A stretch of DNA of 55,070 nucleotides, the filler included, from Sphacelaria rigidula (lineage: Eukaryota): assembly GCA_964200075.2 (NCBI GenBank). It is 4 parts of 4 records of this genome, joined end to end, with 100 filler letters (N's around TTAATTAATTAA, not from the genome) between each part and the next. Parts side by side here need not be neighbours in the genome. Positions count along the whole stretch, not along the records: positions 41,381 to 55,070 come from CAXNAA020002719.1; 3 more parts are not named here. One strand, 5' to 3'. Shown piece after piece: positions 50,521-55,070 of this stretch. Each line of letters starts with the position of its first letter. The first letter of the stretch is position 1. The position numbers and the translations under genes are program-made. Below the pieces are notes generated by a model. It saw only the letters and a list, made by a program, of their open reading frames with translations, was not told the DNA's origin and made no database searches.

Positions 50521-51603
50521 AGTAGTGCTCATATGGTGAGACGTTCATGAGGCAGTGTGTAACCCGTGGCTGTCTCTAGAGGTGGTAATACCAGGAAATG
50601 AAGCAACCCATTGGGGGCTGTTATCCAAAGGCAAGATAACAAGTACACTGCGGGCCGTACAATCTTAGCAGGATGCAACTCACCATTCATGCTACTTGCC
50701 AAACTCATCTCGGCGTTTCGCGCTTGGTGATTGATTGATTGCGAGCCTGGTCCTGCGAAAACCCGGCGTGCTCCGCCTCGGCTTCGTAGGGATGCGAGGT
50801 CTATGTTCTTGTGACTACGACATGCAAGACGATGAGTACCCCCCCCCCCCCCCCCCCCCCCCCCCCCACCACAGAACAGAGAGAGAAAAAAAACGCGAAA
50901 AAACAAAAAAAAAAAAAAAAAAAAAAAAAACCCCNNNNNNNNNNGGTTTCGTAGGGATGAGAGGTCTATGTTCTTGTGAACACGACAGGAAAAACGATGA
51001 GTCCCCCCCCCCCCCCGGCGCGCTGCTCCGTTTCGAAAGGGGTGTGTGATCAATGGTCGAACGACTAAGGCAAGCAACAAATGAGTACGCCCCCCCCCGG
51101 TGCGCGCCCTCTGAGGGTTGACGTCGTTCGACAACGACGCTGTAAAACATTCCATCAAGTGCGTAAGCTACGCAACCAGGTTACCGTTTCGTTTGCTCGC
51201 TCGCGTTGTTTTTGCGGTAACAACGGTAGTGGCCGAGCTAGATCATTTTGTATGGGGTGGAGAACCTCAACCCCGTGCAAAGGGGGCGATCGCACTACGT
51301 AGTGATTGAATGGTGAGCCGTGTAACCCGTGGCTGTCTCTGAACGTGGAGATACCGAAAAATGAAGCAACTCATTCGAAGCTGTCATCCATATGCAATAT
51401 AAGTAGTGCGCTTCGGGTCGGACATTCTTAGCAGGATGCCGCTCACCCTTCATGCCACCAGCCGAACACATCACGGCGCTTCGCGCTAGGTGATTGATTG
51501 CGAGTCTGTCGCGGCGGAAACCCGGCATGCTTCGTCCCGGCTTTGTAGGGATGCGAAGTCAATAGTCTAATGACTACGGCATGCAATGCCATGAGTACAC
51601 CCG
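50521..51603 (+). mobile_element. Head-to-tail stack: SINE-like copy, SINE tail, LINE tail, long SINE-like copy
   Basis: Units lie at 50521-50868, 50945-51015, ~51020-51098 and 51114-51603, each ending ATGAGT(A)C plus a C-run. There is a 10-N gap at 50935-50944. Confidence 0.8.
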
Positions 51604-52239
51604 TCCCTCTTTGGAATAATGCCGTAGTTCTTAGGGACCTCCAAATATAGAATGGGGGAGTTACTGCAAGCGTCTGTCTGTGGAGATCTCATCAGTTTGT
51701 TGCATTGGCTGCCTGTACGAAGAGACAACTCTGTCGGGTCAAAGATCACAAGGTCTCAGGTTCGAATCCCTACAATATCATCGTGATTGAATGCAAAACG
51801 GGTGAGTGTCAAACGGACGACAAGAGTCACTGGCATAGTCTGGGGAGACCAGACAGAGTTCATCATCTCACGAACCAGTCCTCAGCAGATTGTTGACTCC
51901 GCCGACCAACACACGGAAGAGACGTGTCAGAGCAGATGCAGAAACGTCTTTACCGCCAGCCAGCGAAATAAGGTAAAATATTCACAGTTTTCTTGACAAA
52001 AAGAAGCACGGCACGGAAGACCTACAAAGAGGAGGGGTGGTGTGGATATCTCTCCATAGCAAGGGCAAACTGCCACATGTGCCTGTCGAGGCTAATCCTC
52101 ACCACCAGGTTTTTCATGTGCCGACCGGGTGAGGTAGCGATGTTCTGTAGTCAGTCGTGATGTATGGACACGTTGATATGCTGCCGTGTTTGTGTGCTCG
52201 TGTGCTTCTGTACCAGTGTACTGATATTTTGATGTATTG

Positions 52240-52375
52240 ATGTATTGATGTACTAGCGTATGTATGTGAAGATTTGTTGACGTATGGACGTATGGACGTG
52301 TTGACGTGTTGACGTGTTGACGTGTTGACGTGTTGACGTATTGGCTTATCTTGGCTTGTATTGACGTGTTGATGT
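52240..52375. repeat. (TTGACGTG)n-type simple repeat
   Basis: Direct reading. A related degenerate tract lies at 50300-50420. Confidence 0.85.
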
Positions 52376-52507
52376 ATGCAGATGTGCATAATTTTGCACT
52401 ATTGTGTGCCCGTCGTCCCGCACTTCATGTACGTAGGCCATCGCTGACTTGGGTTCGGTGTGATAAACAACTTCCCGCTGCTCAATGTTTTGCGAAAAAA
52501 ACGCCAG

Positions 52508-52621
52508 GATGAAGAAATGAACACCATTCCCGCCCTGCGCCGAAAGCTGCAGAGGGTGCAAGTGTCCAATCTCAACCTCACGAGGGAACTGGAGCGGGCC
52601 GAGCGCATGCTCAAAGCACAG
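52508..52621 (+). CDS. RPGRIP1L: RPGRIP1L internal exon B
   Basis: CAG|GAT...CAG|GT, phase 0. Translation DEEMNTIPALRRKLQRVQVSNLNLTRELERAERMLKAQ. Confidence 0.8.
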
Positions 52622-53247
52622 GTGCTTAAACATTTTCAACGCTTGACAGTTTCGGATCGGCGTGAATTGTCTTGTGTTCGACACAACATGTTGCCAGGGA
52701 TGTAAACCAGGAATCGAAATCGAAACATGCCCGTAGACTTGTTTTCACGCGCAGAAAAAAACGTGTTCTTCTCTCTCAGCGTAGCACTACATACATAGAC
52801 AACATTAACAAAATTCCTTCCCGTGTGTATTCCCGCCGTTACAGTGTTTTGTCGGGATCATGACCTGCAAAGAAAGCGTACAGGATGCGATCCTCCTAAT
52901 GTAGTGAGCATTTGAGATGTTTACGAAGACCGAGTACGGCAAAGCATCGAAAAAAATCCACGGGACGCACGCCGAAGCGCTAGCAAACACAGCAGCACGC
53001 ATCTATCTCAACTCTTTTTTTCGCCTTTTCTTAACTGCGTACCAACTTACTCACTTATCTTTTTGCACGCAACGATGAAAATCGTCGATTGCACGGATAC
53101 TTCAACAGCCCTTGTCTCAGGCCAAGTCTTGTTGTCAGGATTTCCTCCTGCACCTCAATCTTCCATTCACCGGAAAAAGGATTGAGTACGAGACTAGTGA
53201 AACGAAACAGGGTCATGGTCCAAATCGCAGTCTCGTTGAGGAGAGGG

Positions 53248-53529
53248 TGAGTGATGCCGCGATAGCCCCCCCCCACCACCACCACCAGAAAAACGGCTGG
53301 CTTTGAGGAGGCAAAATCTAAATGTAAGCCAAATAACAAAAGCTGAGCTCACAGAGAGGCAGGGAACTCCCATGCTTGAGATAGTTTCCGCCAATGTCGC
53401 GCATATGGGGCACTTCCTGAAGTCTGAAACTAGCTACCACGTGCTGTATGGCCCTTTCTTCGTGATGGTTTTGGGGCTGTTTTGGGCGGAAGGAGAGATG
53501 GGGGGGGGGGGGTATTGCGGCATCATTCA
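53248..53529. mobile_element. MITE, same family as 8532-8790
   Basis: TIRs are TGAGTGATGCCGCGATAGCCC and GGGGTATTGCGGCATCATTCA. The interior shares GGAGGCAAAATCT, GGGAA.TCCCA.GCTTG, AATGTCGC and GCTGTATG with the reverse of 8556-8763. Confidence 0.8.
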
Positions 53530-54254
53530 GTTGTTGAAAGTCACAGTAGCGTTCGCGCGAGAAAATAGTAAGGTGCGTGCGTGGCAATGTCAGTGCATTG
53601 TGCACTGAACTGTTGGATCCCGATCCCCCTGCCAAGACACTTGCAGGTCGATACCACTTCTTGCTCATCATCATACAACTGGTATTGCTACTAATGATCT
53701 TCCGATAAAAGGACCGATAGACAGAACCTCCTCAAGTGTTTCTTCATCTAACATCGATGCGCCACATGCTCAATGTTCATATCCTTTCAGTAAGCCCGCC
53801 ACCTTGCCACACTCGAGCTCCTCCAGACTTGATTGATTGATGGGTTGATTCACTAATTTTGATTGTCGCACTCGAACTGACCCCCCAGGAGTCATGATCC
53901 AGCCGTGGTCATTATCGACATGATAGACGTAACCGAGATAAAACAGAACTGTAACATTCGCTGAAAAAAATAAAAAATTAAACAGAAAACGTAGAATAAA
54001 CCAACAGAGTAGACAACGAAAAGAAAAGAAAAGAAAGACAGCAGGAGAACAAAATTGCATGCAAAAAGCAAAATCACACAACCATGACATAGAAATGCTC
54101 AGCGCGTTCTAAAAAAATGATACAGAAATCAGCACGTCCTGAAACGCTACGAAACGATTGCTAACCCCCCCCCTCCCCGCGCGCCGCCCGCCCCGGTTCC
54201 CTCATCCCTGCCTACGCAAACCCGCCTCACACTTCATCCCATTCGGAAACGAAG

Positions 54255-54401
54255 ATGAGTATCAACCGCGATCTTCACATGGAGCTAGAGGAGGCGTGTC
54301 GCAGGTCTACCCTCGACCGCGGGGAGCTTGGTCAGAAACTTCGCGATTTCGAGGCCCTCGCTCTCGAGAGACTCACGACGATTCACCGCCTGGAGGCGCA
54401 G
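54255..54401 (+). CDS. RPGRIP1L: RPGRIP1L internal exon C
   Basis: AAG|ATG...CAG|GTA, phase 0. MSINRDLHMELEE...KLRDFEALALERLTTIHRLEAQ continues the ELE...ML..Q..IN.D...R...I..LEAQ signature. Confidence 0.8.
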
Positions 54402-54417
54402 GTACAACATCGAACAA

Positions 54418-54418
<1 letters not shown>

Positions 54419-54453
<35 letters not shown>
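54419..54453. repeat. (CA)n microsatellite
   Basis: Direct reading. Confidence 0.95.
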
Positions 54454-54980
54454 CCTTTTTTTTCCTTATCTTAACTTGTCTCTTTTTCTGTCTAGAGCAG
54501 CTTTGTTCATGGCGTGTGTTGGGGTTGGTGTATTATTAGCACAATAGCAGAGTCCACTGACTGCTTAGCTATAAAAAACAATCCGGGTCGAGCTCGCAGA
54601 TCCTACGCCGAAGAAGTAGGACTATGGTTTCTCTAGAACTAGAAGAAAGAGGATATGCTGTATTATGATGATCACGAGGAATGCTCGGTCTAGAACTGGA
54701 AAATATATTGAGGGCGGAAAAAGAAGTGAATACGTAGTCATACTCATCGCAATTGCTTGAATATTATCTGACCAACCGGTCCGAAAATATTGTGTCAATG
54801 TTGACAGGAATCGCTTGATACCTTAGACTTCATGCCGCAAAATGTTTTCGAGTTGAGACGAGCGGAGCATAACACAGATATGAATCAGGGTTCCGGTGGT
54901 ATAGTAGCACTTGAACTTTCAACTGCTCGGTCAGATACCGTTTCAGTCTTCTTTCCCTTGAGTGAAGGAGGTGCGGCAAC

Positions 54981-55015
54981 GACACTTGCTACGATAGCAC
55001 CCCCCCCCCCCCCCC
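54981..55015 (+). mobile_element. MITE terminal repeat near contig end
   Basis: GACACTTGCTACGATAGCACCCC matches the TIR at 8532. Confidence 0.6.
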
Positions 55016-55070
55016 GGATCACGCATCCGCAGCCACGCCCACCAGCCGGCTGCGCGCGCGGCGCGGCCGC

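Noticed and set aside
53620..53830. Possible retroelement coding fragment on the minus strand
   Set aside because: No diagnostic motif is recognisable.

Overview
This is eukaryotic, intron-rich, TE-dense DNA, most likely from a brown alga (inferred from an sDer1-like Derlin exon, RPGRIP1L exons and Ectocarpus-type retroelement proteins). The window is not one locus. It is four size-sorted contigs (13,695, 13,693, 13,692 and 13,690 bp) joined by artificial N44-TTAATTAATTAA-N44 linkers. Contig 1 (1-13695) holds a decayed Ty3/Gypsy element lacking the integrase core, with a LINE-tail insertion and a MITE inside it. Contig 2 (13796-27488) holds repeat arrays, an integrase relic, a full-length decayed chromodomain Ty3/Gypsy element with both LTRs, and one Derlin exon. 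Contig 3 (27589-41280) holds the 3' part (about 16 exons) of a large helical protein ending in DPRR repeats, plus the first two exons of CNX1/MoeA. Contig 4 (41381-55070) holds three RPGRIP1L exons and a 9.6-kb intron with nested LINE > Copia > hAT-like MITE insertions, a ~390-bp fold-back inversion and stacked SINE-like copies. The most notable signal is a LINE and a ~490-bp non-autonomous partner that share a 3' tail, end at C-runs instead of poly(A), and appear to insert into C-runs, including each other's tails. All family assignments come from motif recognition only; no searches were run.
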